This document shows positions 8,355 through 22,388 of a stretch of 64,000 nucleotides of DNA, in pieces (the first letter of the stretch is position 1; each line of letters begins with the position of its first letter). The DNA is from Epithemia pelagica. Its lineage: Eukaryota > Protista > Bacillariophyta. Both the position numbers and the translations under genes were made by a program. The stretch covers positions 1,426,001 to 1,490,000 of the forward strand of contig OX337238.1 in assembly GCA_946965045.2 (NCBI GenBank), read 5' to 3'. The notes under the pieces were generated by a model. The model searched no databases. It was not told the origin of the DNA and saw only the letters and a program-made list of their open reading frames with translations.

Positions 8355-11300
8355 TGTTGCTCTCGTGTCCTGACCAATCTGCTGTGTCGTTTATGACAAC
8401 CCAACGCCACCACCCAACCCCCCCAACTAGTCCACCCCCAACTCCTCCACCCCCCAAATAAATCTTGGTGTCTTCTCCGTTGCGCTCGTCGTTCGCCGTC
8501 GTTCGTGGGTAGAGGTACCCCCTAGCATAAGGGGGTCTCCAGGTTAATCGTACTCAGATTACACCCATACCCATTCACGAGCAGGACTCACGCCTCTGCT
8601 AGGGGTAATGGCATGGCCGGCGTGGTGGTTGACACGCGTCGTCGTGATGATATGGAGTGTGTGGGCAGGTGCGTGCACCCGGGATTCCCTGATACGACTC
8701 CAATTCAGGAATACAACGTCACCCAGACCCGGGTTTTTCTTTCATGTTCGACGAGAAATTCTATCGGAGCTCTAGCTAACCTTACGCCTCATCCCAGCTC
8801 TAGAGCAATATCCTCCGAAACTCTATCTGGCACTCTCTATTCTACCTCCATACTTACCCCCAAGCGGAAGGGCGAGCGAGAATTCAGTGCGCATTCTCAT
8901 ACTCACCCCCAAGGCGCGATCCGCAAAATCGGCGATTTTCGCCGTCTTTGACAAAAAATCACAACAACAACAACGCAATCACTACGATACGGATCTTGTT
9001 GCGGTTGTTACAACACCCATGGGCCCTCCCCATCCGACCCGAGTTGTTTGCCCTGTCCATAGCAACCCAAGGGACCATCCTGGCGTGGAAACCGACCACT
9101 CCGACCTGCTGATTCCAGTTACATCTCAGTACCAAGACACTGCAATGGGAAGCAACAACAACCCGAATGAAAACCATCCATCCGACACCCTCCCAATCCC
9201 ACCCGTGTTGTTGATACTATCTCTACCCACCTCATGGACCGTCCTGGCCTGGAAACCAACCCGTCGGCGCTACACGAGGCCATCAACTCCGCTTTCCGTT
9301 GTTAGGATTCTCACCAAAAACTAGGTGGCGAAACCTAAGGTACAACTCTCATCGAATGATGCTAGTATTTTATGGCATCCGTGTTAGAATTCTCACCGTC
9401 TATGGTGGTTAGATTCTACATCTCATCGATTCCCCATGTCACATAGCCTCATGCTATCGCATCATGCCATCTAGCTTCGAGCTATGTTCCCTAGCTTCGC
9501 GCTATATCGACCTATATTTCTTCGCAAATCATGAAAAGTAAGAATAGATTGACGAACTCACTCTCAAGACTAAACTGGGTCGTGCGGTATTACAACGGAC
9601 GTAAATTTGGCCGTTGCTCGGACATTATACTAACGCCCTAAGCGTACGCGCCCGAAATCATCGAGCGCGCCCAAGCGACATCCGATGGCCTTGATACTAC
9701 TCCCAGCTAAAAGCTAAAGGTATAAGGTGGAATTCAAACTTCGAACCCCAGGAACGTACGTCATTCCCTTCCTCCAAGTCTAGGCACTGTGGTCAACGAG
9801 TTTTGTGTTGTGAGAATGATTCACCTGTGGTGAGAAACCAAACAACAACGACTGTGCGAGTTCCTGGAATGGTATCATGACCAACGCGCATGTCAAACGC
9901 TGAACCGAAAACGCCACCACGTAGAAGGTCTAACGCAGTGGGATACTTGGTTGGTCATGAGAACTACCAGCACACGTCTCGATGGCATGTCATGGAGCGA
10001 TTCATCGTCCAGTTACGTTCATCGATGGTCCTCTCCGGGGAGAAACCATTGCTGCGCAAGGGTACCAACTTAGTAGAATTCCGTCAGTACACGCTCTAGA
10101 AGAGCCACAATCGATTACCAACTGATACCAAGGTTCTCCACGGGTCAGAGAACAAAGGAAACCCAAGGGTTCTATCGTAGGGATAGTCAGGACACTGAAG
10201 ACGTGATGATATGGTAATGTTAATGATTGTGAGCTTACTACTAGGTTTGGTGTGTGAGGTTTCCATTCTTGTTGTCGATCGTGTGAAATAGGTTCTTGGC
10301 GGTGATAGGACTGGAATGGTTGGAGTTGATGTATGTGAGGTATATAACATGTATATGTGCTTGTATATCATATACAGCCTCAACGATTCTTGGCTAAAGT
10401 TGGTATATGTAGTTTTGTTGGCGCGTCCTTGTTCGCAATCTTGAAATAGTGGGAACGATGATGTGGTCCCGTGTGATCGTGATTCGAGCCTTGTGTACTT
10501 AGACCGTTGGGTCGGATACATGATCGCCACGCTCTGATAGTTCTTGCGCGCATCTTGACGAATTTGGGCGCGCACGCTTAGGGCATAGGTCAGGCTCGGA
10601 TGTTCAACCGATGATCATCCGTTGATGGGATATCAAGACCAAAGTTGATTCTTGATAGCACGTTTGTCAATCTGTTCTCACTTTTTGGTATATGCGACCG
10701 AAATATAGGTTGAGCTAGCGCAAAGCTAGGTATGTAGTGTGGATGTAGGTGATGTAGGTGATGTTTGAAGCCACGGGACTCGACTAACCGATGAGGTGCC
10801 GAACCTAACCGATGATTTTCGGTGAGAGTTCTACTACAACTGATTTGGAGGATGCCATTGTCGTACCAAAACTACATTTGGTGTGGAGACGTGTAGTGCG
10901 CGCAAGCCGATGGAGCTCACGCAGAAGCGTAGTTGGACATGCCTCTGTTGTATTCGACCGAGGGCAGTTCCGCTACCGTGGTGCATGTCTCTCTCGTTTG
11001 CCCTTGCACGGGCATAGAGGTGGACGGCGATACATGGTTTTCACGGTTTGTGGAGGACACACAATGTGAAGAGTCGAATACGATTTCACTCTTGTGGGGA
11101 AAATTCCCTTGAGCAGAGTGGTCCTTCTACTACAGTAGAGCAAGTCGAGAAGTGTTGGGAACAAAGCGTACCCTTTCACCACGAGACTCGGGTCATAGGT
11201 TATCAAGGTAGGTAGTTGATTCCTAGTTGAGAGCCAACAATTTTCCACCTCCCAATTGGTCGAGCAAATCCACAGATCCTCGATTGAATATAAAATGTCC

Positions 11301-11604
11301 TTTCCAAAGACCGAATCTGGTATCATGTGTCGCTCACAGTTTCAGTACACAGCAAATAGGGAGTACACAGCAACCTGGAATGCTACCTCTCTTCCTCTTT
11401 CGTTTTGCCACGCAGTCTCGTCGTGTATCGCCTACAGCGAAAGATACTTCTTGGGGCTTGTCATGTAGTCTATGTGCGATTGACTCACCTGCACCATCGT
11501 ACGCATGACAGGCACACCTTGCTCTTCCACGCGTTGCTGTCTATTAGATTGTACAGACTCTCTCGTGCTGCCATTTCTTGTCGACGTTGTAAAGCGCCGT
11601 GACC

Positions 11605-12824
11605 ATGCCCACGACATTGAAAGACCAAGCATGGCAGTCGGGCCTTGTCCTGTTGAACGAGACACCAGAGTGAAATCTAAATGACTGGACTCCTCTTGTG
11701 GGTGGATGGCGTTTGCGTCATGCTTCTGTCGTACATGATCATCCTGATCAGGACATGAACAACCACAACAACAACAACAAGAGACAAACGGTCGTCGTGT
11801 TGGGAGGAATCGACGAAGGATATTATAGTACCAATTCCGTTCTGGTCCTAAATTTATCAGAATTGGACAAACAGTGGCGAGAAGGGCCACCAATAAACAA
11901 GGCACGTTGTGGACACGCCGCTGTTGTGTGCAACGGAGGCGTCTACGTGATAGGAGGATACCATGACAATGAAGACAATGACGCAACTGCTACTTTAGGT
12001 TTCATGGAAAGAATTGATGCCAACGATATGCTGCAATCATTTTCGACAACAAGAAGCACATATGAGAGCCATTGAACGACATTAAATTGCCGATTATCAA
12101 CGGAACGACAAGGATGTTGTGCTGTTGTGGTTCACAATCGATATATTGTGGTAATGGGTGGAAGGAACAGCGGGCAACACTTATGGTCGGTGGATATAAT
12201 TGATGCCAGTACTCACACTGTCGCTGCAGCGCCATGCATGAACGTTACTCGATCAAATTTTGCCAGTGCGGTCATTGGTCACTGTATCTTAGTCGCTGGA
12301 GGCCAAAACGATGAGGGAAGACATGATTCCGTGGAGTATTTGGACTTCGCGGAGGAGAGGAAAGACGACACTTTGACTACAGTCATTTCCTTCTCGTCAA
12401 CATGGATGACTCATTGCTCTCCATTGCACAAGGGTGTTGTGGAATGGTTGCCGTGGGATCTTGTCTGGTTGTGGCGGGAGTAGAATCTCGAAGGGTGCAA
12501 GTCTTGGATACGCACCGCAACCGCATGTGGAATCTCCCGCGATTAAGAAATGATGCTCTAAGCCGTGGTATGGTGGCTGCTGTTGATCGAATTGCCGTGA
12601 TTGGTGGATGGGGCTATCCGTCCTGTGGGACATTACCACTTATGGATAGGAATTCGTGGTGTTTTCGTCAACTCTGTCAGCAGCAACCCAGCGGATGGTA
12701 TCATTTTCGGGAAGGAATGGATACCCAACATGGTGATATTTTACCCTTGTCCAAATCGACCTCAGCTCGTAAACGCGCAAGGCCCAATACGCTCCGTGGT
12801 GATGAAGGGAAGGATGAAGCCTAG
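11605..12824 (+). pseudogene. Kelch-repeat pseudogene, unit 2
   Basis: Copy of 3403-4622 with the same lesions. Confidence 0.85.
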
Positions 12825-14186
12825 ACGTTTTGTTTAAGTCGTTGACTTGTTTTCAATGTTCGATTGCAATCGTAGAACCTAGTAAGTGGCTACTCAAAAG
12901 AAGAAAGAACACGTTGCAAGATAGAATGTATTTGTTTGTTATCAAAGGCGTGGAAGGAATGACCCAGCTTTGTGTGTCTACAAGTGGTACTGCGCTTTGG
13001 TGGCCTTACCTGTGGTGACCTGACAGTTGTGGGACAGAGCCACCACCGTGGTGGTGCGGGTCGTGAGACAAGAATCGGGGGCGTTGTGGTGGCACTTTGC
13101 AGGACAAAGTCATTGTCCAAACACAGAGTCATTGTCCATGGATCGGTAGACGCCAGAATCCGACAGTGGTGGTGAATTCCAGAAAGGAAGAGTTTTGTAT
13201 AAATGTCGTAGTCAAGGACAATCCGCCATTTTGTGTCCATTACGATTTTGCAGGAGTGCCGAGTTCTATTCTTGTTCGTGACAGGGCAGTTCCATACCTG
13301 TTTCTAGACATGGTGGTTGCTAGGATTGTCATGGGGGTTCCGTCCTGTCGTTTCTTGGTGGCATGTGATGCTGCTGCTACGACACAAGTTTTGCTGTTGA
13401 CCACGACCAATCATCTGTCATACCACCCAAACAATATATACTGGAAGACGGTGGAGGAAGACACTCCGCAGTGGTCGGTAGCGGTAGTATTGGTGGACTT
13501 TGTGTCTACTGGGTTAAGTCAGAACTTCTTTCCGCCACATATGGGTGGGGCGACGCCAATGCGGAACCGGGGGAATATTGTGGTGGGGGATAGGTGGTCC
13601 CGGTCGCTTTGGCAAAGCAGTCCCATTTCGCATCATCCTTCACAATGGCATTCCAGTCCAAGCGGGGAAAGGATTTGGTCATGTACTCTTTGATTTCCGG
13701 TCCCGTGGTGAGGGACCAGATTTTGTGATTGGGTCGCGTAATGATATTGGCCGGTCGAATCAAAGTGGGATCCTTGACGTGCAAGAGTCCCAAACTCAAC
13801 CCTTGGTCGCCGGTATTGACGGATCGAAATCGAATGACAGAGGTCATAAGTATTAATCGAGCATTATACGTTATATGCATGGAATACTGAATTCTGTGAC
13901 GCCGCAGAGTGTGTTGGCGCAAGTAGCAAAGGTTTTTCTTTCAATTACGAGTATCATACAAGATAACGAATTGAAGATGCCTTCTTCAAGAATGCTGCAC
14001 TGCGGAATGGTACTCCTAGATATAAAACTAATAGTAGCAACAGAACCCAATCCAACTACTCTAGTGGCACTATTGCATCTAGCATATCCCCCCTTGCCAA
14101 TACATGTTCCGAGTCGACGGGTCGATTTCCCCCGTTTCCGTCAGGATGGGTTTGTTGGGTTCTACCCATCAAAGATTTTTCAAGAA

Positions 14187-16556
14187 TCATGCAGTGTTGA
14201 GAATTGAACCGGCCGTCTTCAAAAATTTTGCACTGCGCTCATTCCGGACGGTCAAGTTCAAGGCTCTCAACGATTTCATGGTTTGCTCGCGACGATCTAA
14301 AAAGCACGTAGTATCAGGGTTTCGCTCATAGAACCCTTGCCAAGGAATCGGCACACCTGTGCTCAAGGCACAAATGGTAAACAGCAATGATGCGGTATCG
14401 TGTTTCGGCATGGGACGCCAAGCCGTCCTGTTCCGCTTTTGGTGCACTTCTCGATGGGCAAATGCAAGGCTGCCTCGAAAACCCATGGCTTTTTCACCAA
14501 CCCCATAAACTGAGCAACCCCAGTCAATGAGGACAAACTTTTTACATTTTTTGTCAAAAATGATGTTTCGAGCACAGACATCCAAATGGAAGACATTCCG
14601 TCCATGCGCAAAGTCCAAAGCAGACTGGATATCTGTGTATAGGCACTGCAGTTGCTCCTTATCAAGCTTGCCGTTCACGAGGGATCCTTTTGGTGAGAAC
14701 GTGAAGGCAGGGACGTTGATCGTAGTTCCTCGAATCGTGTAGCAGATGCTTCCGAAGTCTTTAAGCACTGGAATCGACGGTCGATCGGAGTCAGGTTTTT
14801 CGTTAAGAGCCCTCAGAGCTCTCAGCTCCCTTTCGATGTATTGAACCTCCCCCACGACGGAAGATTTCACTACGAAGTTCTCATTTTTTGTTCCTCTGTT
14901 TTCCACCTCCTTTCCTTGGTACACAATCCCATGCGTTCCGTATCCAATGACATCATGAAGTTCTAGCGGCTGTACCTGTGCAACATGTGTAGATTGATTG
15001 TGCACATGGTAGGTGGCATTTGCTGCCGAGTCTCCACCGAAGAACTGCAACCCAAGAACTTTGTCGTCTGAACAAACCAGTCTGAACAGCTCCTGCATCC
15101 CGACCGGCACAGACGTATTGTTGGCAGGAAAAGGACAAGAGGCATTTCTCGTTAGATATTTTTGGTCGCCTTCTTTTGTGACAAACTTCTTCAAGGCAAC
15201 TTCCGAAACCAAGGGGAGAATTCCAGATCGCTCGACATCCAGGGACACGTCGCCGGTGTCCATTCCTGACAAGGTCATTGTTATCACCTCCAAATAAACC
15301 GGAGTGATAGCCAGAGCAATGGACTTGAGATTAATACCCACTCCACCAAGATTGAAGGCAACAAGAGTCCGCTTCGCCAGATGACCTACGCATTGATGAA
15401 TGGCCTCCTTATGTGTGTCTTGGGGTTTTTTCGTCCCGCGTCTAACGTTTTTGGCTTCCACAAGTAATGACATTTCATGAGCAAGAAGATAAGGATTGAA
15501 AGCCATGAGCTGATTGACTTCATAGTCCACAAATCGCTTGGTACCATAACTACCCGTTTTTGGAATATAGCGCTCCTTTCGCACATCGGATCGAACCGCC
15601 GGCTCCAATGTGTATTTGACACGCTCCTGTTGCCATGCCGGCACCGCTGCTGCTGGCACCGCGACATCCTGCTCGATTCCGTCTTCCTCGTCCGCCGTAT
15701 TCTCGGCAGTGCCGATGAGTGACAAGGCTCGAAACAGACACGCTAGGATAGGCTGTACCGCATTCTTCTCCGCTGATGAGTAGGATGGAAACGTGCATTT
15801 GCATTTCTTGTCTGCCGCCTGAGTGTTCCATCCGAGAATGTGGCTGACAGTCCTGCTGATTTGTGCGCTTGTTGGGTTCTCGTTGATATTTGACTGTTTC
15901 ATGGTGTCATTCCAAAAGGAGGCAAACTTAAGCAAATTTGCAGGTTGCGTGTCTTGTTTCGGAGGGGCTTTAACAGCGGCGAGATGTTTTTCGGCCATCT
16001 GTTGTTTACTGCCAGGGCTGTTGATGTGAACACCCCTCATCATGTACTCAAAATGCTCTTTGGTGCAGTCATCCTCGGTTGCAATGACGGCTGAGTTTAT
16101 CTCTGTTTTGTTTGCAAAATCAGCCATGGTCTTGAGGTCGTCGCTCACTCCTGAGAACTTCTTCATGGTCGTTTCTAGTGGTTCGGCAACGTCGTTAAAC
16201 AGAAAAAGATGTAAAGCCCAATAATCAGGGTAACCATCATCACTTGAAAAACTTTGCAACTTTTGGATATGCAAATTGGGGAACCGAGCTTTTAGACTGT
16301 TTAGATTTCTCCCCGAGAGGAACTCCTCGAGACTTGTTCTTTGTCCTTCGTCCACCTCGTTTCGTCCAGATGCAAGTCCAGAAACCACGCGAAGGTGAAG
16401 GCGGACTTCCGCATATATGTTTTGTATTTCAGTGATTGTTGTTTCTTTTGCATGGAAGGTACGCAAGTGGCGTGTCACAGAATCCATGTCCGAGTATTCT
16501 TCGCGATCCCCGAGATGATCTTTCTTGCGCTTTCTGGTACGACGGAAACTTGCCAT
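14187..16556 (-). CDS. Nuclease-kinase fusion, unit 2 (S59, N286)
   Basis: Intact 789-aa ORF with the same motifs. Confidence 0.9.
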   Translation of the reverse strand: MASFRRTRKRKKDHLGDREEYSDMDSVTRHLRTFHAKETTITEIQNIYAEVRLHLRVVSGLASGRNEVDEGQRTSLEEFLSGRNLNSLKARFPNLHIQKLQSFSSDDGYPDYWALHLFLFNDVAEPLETTMKKFSGVSDDLKTMADFANKTEINSAVIATEDDCTKEHFEYMMRGVHINSPGSKQQMAEKHLAAVKAPPKQDTQPANLLKFASFWNDTMKQSNINENPTSAQISRTVSHILGWNTQAADKKCKCTFPSYSSAEKNAVQPILACLFRALSLIGTAENTADEEDGIEQDVAVPAAAVPAWQQERVKYTLEPAVRSDVRKERYIPKTGSYGTKRFVDYEVNQLMAFNPYLLAHEMSLLVEAKNVRRGTKKPQDTHKEAIHQCVGHLAKRTLVAFNLGGVGINLKSIALAITPVYLEVITMTLSGMDTGDVSLDVERSGILPLVSEVALKKFVTKEGDQKYLTRNASCPFPANNTSVPVGMQELFRLVCSDDKVLGLQFFGGDSAANATYHVHNQSTHVAQVQPLELHDVIGYGTHGIVYQGKEVENRGTKNENFVVKSSVVGEVQYIERELRALRALNEKPDSDRPSIPVLKDFGSICYTIRGTTINVPAFTFSPKGSLVNGKLDKEQLQCLYTDIQSALDFAHGRNVFHLDVCARNIIFDKKCKKFVLIDWGCSVYGVGEKAMGFRGSLAFAHREVHQKRNRTAWRPMPKHDTASLLFTICALSTGVPIPWQGFYERNPDTTCFLDRREQTMKSLRALNLTVRNERSAKFLKTAGSILNTA

Positions 16557-19500
16557 TGTTGCTCTCGTGTCCTGACCAATCTGCTGTGTCGTTTATGACA
16601 ACCCAACGCCACCACCCAACCCCCCCAACTAGTCCACCCCCAACTCCTCCACCCCCCAAATAAATCTTGGTGTCTTCTCCGTTGCGCTCGTCGTTCGCCG
16701 TCGTTCGTGGGTAGAGGTACCCCCTAGCATAAGGGGGTCTCCAGGTTAATCGTACTCAGATTACACCCATACCCATTCACGAGCAGGACTCACGCCTCTG
16801 CTAGGGGTAATGGCATGGCCGGCGTGGTGGTTGACACGCGTCGTCGTGATGATATGGAGTGTGTGGGCAGGTGCGTGCACCCGGGATTCCCTGATACGAC
16901 TCCAATTCAGGAATACAACGTCACCCAGACCCGGGTTTTTCTTTCATGTTCGACGAGAAATTCTATCGGAGCTCTAGCTAACCTTACGCCTCATCCCAGC
17001 TCTAGAGCAATATCCTCCGAAACTCTATCTGGCACTCTCTATTCTACCTCCATACTTACCCCCAAGCGGAAGGGCGAGCGAGAATTCAGTGCGCATTCTC
17101 ATACTCACCCCCAAGGCGCGATCCGCAAAATCGGCGATTTTCGCCGTCTTTGACAAAAAATCACAACAACAACAACGCAATCACTACGATACGGATCTTG
17201 TTGCGGTTGTTACAACACCCATGGGCCCTCCCCATCCGACCCGAGTTGTTTGCCCTGTCCATAGCAACCCAAGGGACCATCCTGGCGTGGAAACCGACCA
17301 CTCCGACCTGCTGATTCCAGTTACATCTCAGTACCAAGACACTGCAATGGGAAGCAACAACAACCCGAATGAAAACCATCCATCCGACACCCTCCCAATC
17401 CCACCCGTGTTGTTGATACTATCTCTACCCACCTCATGGACCGTCCTGGCCTGGAAACCAACCCGTCGGCGCTACACGAGGCCATCAACTCCGCTTTCCG
17501 TTGTTAGGATTCTCACCAAAAACTAGGTGGCGAAACCTAAGGTACAACTCTCATCGAATGATGCTAGTATTTTATGGCATCCGTGTTAGAATTCTCACCG
17601 TCTATGGTGGTTAGATTCTACATCTCATCGATTCCCCATGTCACATAGCCTCATGCTATCGCATCATGCCATCTAGCTTCGAGCTATGTTCCCTAGCTTC
17701 GCGCTATATCGACCTATATTTCTTCGCAAATCATGAAAAGTAAGAATAGATTGACGAACTCACTCTCAAGACTAAACTGGGTCGTGCGGTATTACAACGG
17801 ACGTAAATTTGGCCGTTGCTCGGACATTATACTAACGCCCTAAGCGTACGCGCCCGAAATCATCGAGCGCGCCCAAGCGACATCCGATGGCCTTGATACT
17901 ACTCCCAGCTAAAAGCTAAAGGTATAAGGTGGAATTCAAACTTCGAACCCCAGGAACGTACGTCATTCCCTTCCTCCAAGTCTAGGCACTGTGGTCAACG
18001 AGTTTTGTGTTGTGAGAATGATTCACCTGTGGTGAGAAACCAAACAACAACGACTGTGCGAGTTCCTGGAATGGTATCATGACCAACGCGCATGTCAAAC
18101 GCTGAACCGAAAACGCCACCACGTAGAAGGTCTAACGCAGTGGGATACTTGGTTGGTCATGAGAACTACCAGCACACGTCTCGATGGCATGTCATGGAGC
18201 GATTCATCGTCCAGTTACGTTCATCGATGGTCCTCTCCGGGGAGAAACCATTGCTGCGCAAGGGTACCAACTTAGTAGAATTCCGTCAGTACACGCTCTA
18301 GAAGAGCCACAATCGATTACCAACTGATACCAAGGTTCTCCACGGGTCAGAGAACAAAGGAAACCCAAGGGTTCTATCGTAGGGATAGTCAGGACACTGA
18401 AGACGTGATGATATGGTAATGTTAATGATTGTGAGCTTACTACTAGGTTTGGTGTGTGAGGTTTCCATTCTTGTTGTCGATCGTGTGAAATAGGTTCTTG
18501 GCGGTGATAGGACTGGAATGGTTGGAGTTGATGTATGTGAGGTATATAACATGTATATGTGCTTGTATATCATATACAGCCTCAACGATTCTTGGCTAAA
18601 GTTGGTATATGTAGTTTTGTTGGCGCGTCCTTGTTCGCAATCTTGAAATAGTGGGAACGATGATGTGGTCCCGTGTGATCGTGATTCGAGCCTTGTGTAC
18701 TTAGACCGTTGGGTCGGATACATGATCGCCACGCTCTGATAGTTCTTGCGCGCATCTTGACGAATTTGGGCGCGCACGCTTAGGGCATAGGTCAGGCTCG
18801 GATGTTCAACCGATGATCATCCGTTGATGGGATATCAAGACCAAAGTTGATTCTTGATAGCACGTTTGTCAATCTGTTCTCACTTTTTGGTATATGCGAC
18901 CGAAATATAGGTTGAGCTAGCGCAAAGCTAGGTATGTAGTGTGGATGTAGGTGATGTAGGTGATGTTTGAAGCCACGGGACTCGACTAACCGATGAGGTG
19001 CCGAACCTAACCGATGATTTTCGGTGAGAGTTCTACTACAACTGATTTGGAGGATGCCATTGTCGTACCAAAACTACATTTGGTGTGGAGACGTGTAGTG
19101 CGCGCAAGCCGATGGAGCTCACGCAGAAGCGTAGTTGGACATGCCTCTGTTGTATTCGACCGAGGGCAGTTCCGCTACCGTGGTGCATGTCTCTCTCGTT
19201 TGCCCTTGCACGGGCATAGAGGTGGACGGCGATACATGGTTTTCACGGTTTGTGGAGGACACACAATGTGAAGAGTCGAATACGATTTCACTCTTGTGGG
19301 GAAAATTCCCTTGAGCAGAGTGGTCCTTCTACTACAGTAGAGCAAGTCGAGAAGTGTTGGGAACAAAGCGTACCCTTTCACCACGAGACTCGGGTCATAG
19401 GTTATCAAGGTAGGTAGTTGATTCCTAGTTGAGAGCCAACAATTTTCCACCTCCCAATTGGTCGAGCAAATCCACAGATCCTCGATTGAATATAAAATGT

Positions 19501-19806
19501 CCTTTCCAAAGACCGAATCTGGTATCATGTGTCGCTCACAGTTTCAGTACACAGCAAATAGGGAGTACACAGCAACCTGGAATGCTACCTCTCTTCCTCT
19601 TTCGTTTTGCCACGCAGTCTCGTCGTGTATCGCCTACAGCGAAAGATACTTCTTGGGGCTTGTCATGTAGTCTATGTGCGATTGACTCACCTGCACCATC
19701 GTACGCATGACAGGCACACCTTGCTCTTCCACGCGTTGCTGTCTATTAGATTGTACAGACTCTCTCGTGCTGCCATTTCTTGTCGACGTTGTAAAGCGCC
19801 GTGACC

Positions 19807-21026
19807 ATGCCCACGACATTGAAAGACCAAGCATGGCAGTCGGGCCTTGTCCTGTTGAACGAGACACCAGAGTGAAATCTAAATGACTGGACTCCTCTTG
19901 TGGGTGGATGGCGTTTGCGTCATGCTTCTGTCGTACATGATCATCCTGATCAGGACATGAACAACCACAACAACAACAACAAGAGACAAACGGTCGTCGT
20001 GTTGGGAGGAATCGACGAAGGATATTATAGTACCAATTCCGTTCTGGTCCTAAATTTATCAGAGTTGGACAAACAGTGGCGAGAAGGGCCACCAATAAAC
20101 AAGGCACGTTGTGGACACGCCGCTGTTGTGTGCAACGGAGGCGTCTACGTGATAGGAGGATACCATGACAATGAAGACAATGACGCAACTGCTACTTTAG
20201 GTTTCATGGAAAGAATTGATGCCAACGATATGCTGCAATCATTTTCGACAACAAGAAGCACATATGAGAGCCATTGAACGACATTAAATTGCCGATTATC
20301 AACGGAACGACAAGGATGTTGTGCTGTTGTGGTTCACAATCGATATATTGTGGTAATGGGTGGAAGGAACAGCGGGCAACACTTATGGTCGGTGGATATA
20401 ATTGATGCCAGTACTCACACTGTCGCTGCAGCGCCATGCATGAACGTTACTCGATCAAATTTTGCCAGTGCGGTCATTGGTCACTGTATCTTAGTCGCTG
20501 GAGGCCAAAACGATGAGGGAGGACATGATTCCGTGGAGTATTTGGACTTCGCGGAGGAGAGGAAAGACGACACTTTGACTACAGTCATTTCCTTCTCGTC
20601 AACATGGATGACTCATTGCTCTCCATTGCACAAGGGTGTTGTGGAATGGTTGCCGTGGGATCTTGTCTGGTTGTGGCGGGAGTAGAATCTCGAAGGGTGC
20701 AAGTCTTGGATACGCACCGCAACCGCATGTGGAATCTCCCGCGATTAAGAAATGATGCTCTAAGCCGTGGTATGGTGGCTGCTGTTGATCGAATTGCCGT
20801 GATTGGTGGATGGGGCTATCCGTCCTGTGGGACATTACCACTTATGGATAGGAATTCGTGGTGTTTTCGTCAACTCTGTCAGCAGCAACCCAGCGGATGG
20901 TATCATTTTCGGGAAGGAATGGATACCCAACATGGTGATATTTTACCCTTGTCCAAATCGACCTCAGCTCGTAAACGCGCAAGGCCCAATACGCTCCGTG
21001 GTGATGAAGGGAAGGATGAAGCCTAG
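19807..21026 (+). pseudogene. Kelch-repeat pseudogene, unit 3
   Basis: Copy of 3403-4622. Confidence 0.85.
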
Positions 21027-22388
21027 ACGTTTTGTTTAAGTCGTTGACTTGTTTTCAATGTTCGATTGCAATCGTAGAACCTAGTAAGTGGCTACTCAAA
21101 AGAAGAAAGAACACGTTGCAAGATAGAATGTATTTGTTTGTTATCAAAGGCGTGGAAGGAATGACCCAGCTTTGTGTGTCTACAAGTGGTACTGCGCTTT
21201 GGTGGCCTTACCTGTGGTGACCTGACAGTTGTGGGACAGAGCCACCACCGTGGTGGTGCGGGTCGTGCGACAAGAATCGGGGGCGTTGTGGTGGCACTTT
21301 GCAGGACAAAGTCATTGTCCAAACACAGAGTCATTGTCCATGGATCGGTAGACGCCAGAATCCGACAGTGGTGGTGAATTCCAGAAAGGAAGAGTTTTGT
21401 ATAAATGTCGTAGTCAAGGACAATCCGCCATTTTGTGTCCATTACGATTTTGCAGGAGTGCCGAGTTCTATTCTTGTTCGTGACAGGGCAGTTCCATACC
21501 TGTTTCTAGACATGGTGGTTGCTAGGATTGTCATGGGGGTTCCGTCCTGTCGTTTCTTGGTGGCATGTGATGCTGCTGCTACGACACAAGTTTTGCTGTT
21601 GACCACGACCAATCATCTGTCATACCACCCAAACAATATATACTGGAAGACGGTGGAGGAAGACACTCCGCAGTGGTCGGTAGCGGTAGTATTGGTGGAC
21701 TTTGTGTCTACTGGGTTAAGTCAGAACTTCTTTCCGCCACATATGGGTGGGGCGACGCCAATGCGGAACCGGGGGAATATTGTGGTGGGGGATAGGTGGT
21801 CCCGGTCGCTTTGGCAAAGCAGTCCCATTTCGCATCATCCTTCACAATGGCATTCCAGTCCAAGCGGGGAAAGGATTTGGTCATGTACTCTTTGATTTCC
21901 GGTCCCGTGGTGAGGGACCAGATTTTGTGATTGGGTCGCGTAATGATATTGGCCGGTCGAATCAAAGTGGGATCCTTGACGTGCAAGAGTCCCAAACTCA
22001 ACCCTTGGTCGCCGGTATTGACGGATCGAAATCGAATGACAGAGGTCATAAGTATTAATCGAGCATTATACGTTATATGCATGGAATACTGAATTCTGTG
22101 ACGCCGCAGAGTGTGTTGGCGCAAGTAGCAAAGGTTTTTCTTTCAATTACGAGTATCATACAAGATAACGAATTGAAGATGCCTTCTTCAAGAATGCTGC
22201 ACTGCGGAATGGTACTCCTAGATATAAAACTAATAGTAGCAACAGAACCCAATCCAACTACTCTAGTGGCACTATTGCATCTAGCATATCCCCCCTTGCC
22301 AATACATGTTCCGAGTCGACGGGTCGATTTCCCCCGTTTCCGTCAGGATGGGTTTGTTGGGTTCTACCCATCAAAGATTTTTCAAGAA

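Noticed and set aside
5651-8547. piggyBac-like TTAA sites bracketing the kinase module
   Set aside because: No CCC/GGG termini or inverted repeats inside the two TTAA sites.
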